A stretch of DNA of 63,853 bases, the filler included, from Reticulomyxa filosa (lineage: Eukaryota; Protista; Foraminifera), in the NCBI GenBank assembly GCA_000512085.1. It is 16 parts of 16 records of this genome, joined end to end, with 100 filler letters (N's around TTAATTAATTAA, not from the genome) between each part and the next. Parts side by side here need not be neighbours in the genome. Positions count along the whole stretch, not along the records: positions 62,143 to 63,853 come from ASPP01009765.1; 15 more parts are not named here. One strand, 5' to 3'. The position numbers and the translations under genes were made by a program. This document shows, in pieces, positions 63,822-63,853 of the stretch (positions within the stretch are counted from its first letter, which is position 1; the number at the start of each line of letters is the position of its first letter). The notes beneath the pieces were generated by a model, which saw nothing but the letters and a program-made list of their open reading frames with translations, searched no databases and was not told where the DNA came from.

Positions 63822-63853
<32 letters not shown>

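Noticed and set aside
1-63853. tRNA, rRNA or CRISPR arrays
   Set aside because: None recognised by eye; a tRNAscan/Infernal run would be needed to exclude small RNAs.

Overview
AT-rich, intron-containing eukaryotic DNA, not one locus. It is 16 separate contigs joined by 15 artificial 100-nt spacers (44 N + TTAATTAATTAA + 44 N), so adjacency across spacers means nothing physically. Gene content and style (homopolymer-rich introns with GTT donors, WD40/Kelch/TPR repeat genes, divergent G-alpha genes) resemble the foraminiferan Reticulomyxa filosa or a relative; this is an inference. Highlights: (1) a ~4,470-aa polycystin-1-like receptor with a signal peptide, five ~550-aa Cys-rich repeats, REJ, GPS and only TM1-5, with no PLAT or channel part; (2) a fusion of an RRM, a Tgs1-like cap methyltransferase and an mRNA-guanylyltransferase-like domain, both enzyme domains degenerate; (3) a PB1-like + caspase-like (Cys->Tyr) + TPR protein; (4) a contig-terminal (CCCTAAG)n candidate telomere next to a decayed LRR gene; (5) an archaeal-style PAC2/Pba proteasome chaperone ending in an HbYX motif; (6) two divergent G-alpha genes and a zf-CW+ARID protein. 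Also present: a VPS13 N-terminus, an EF-hand protein, Kelch/WD40 pseudogenes, and Tc1 and LINE relics. All domain calls come from motif recognition by eye; no searches were run.
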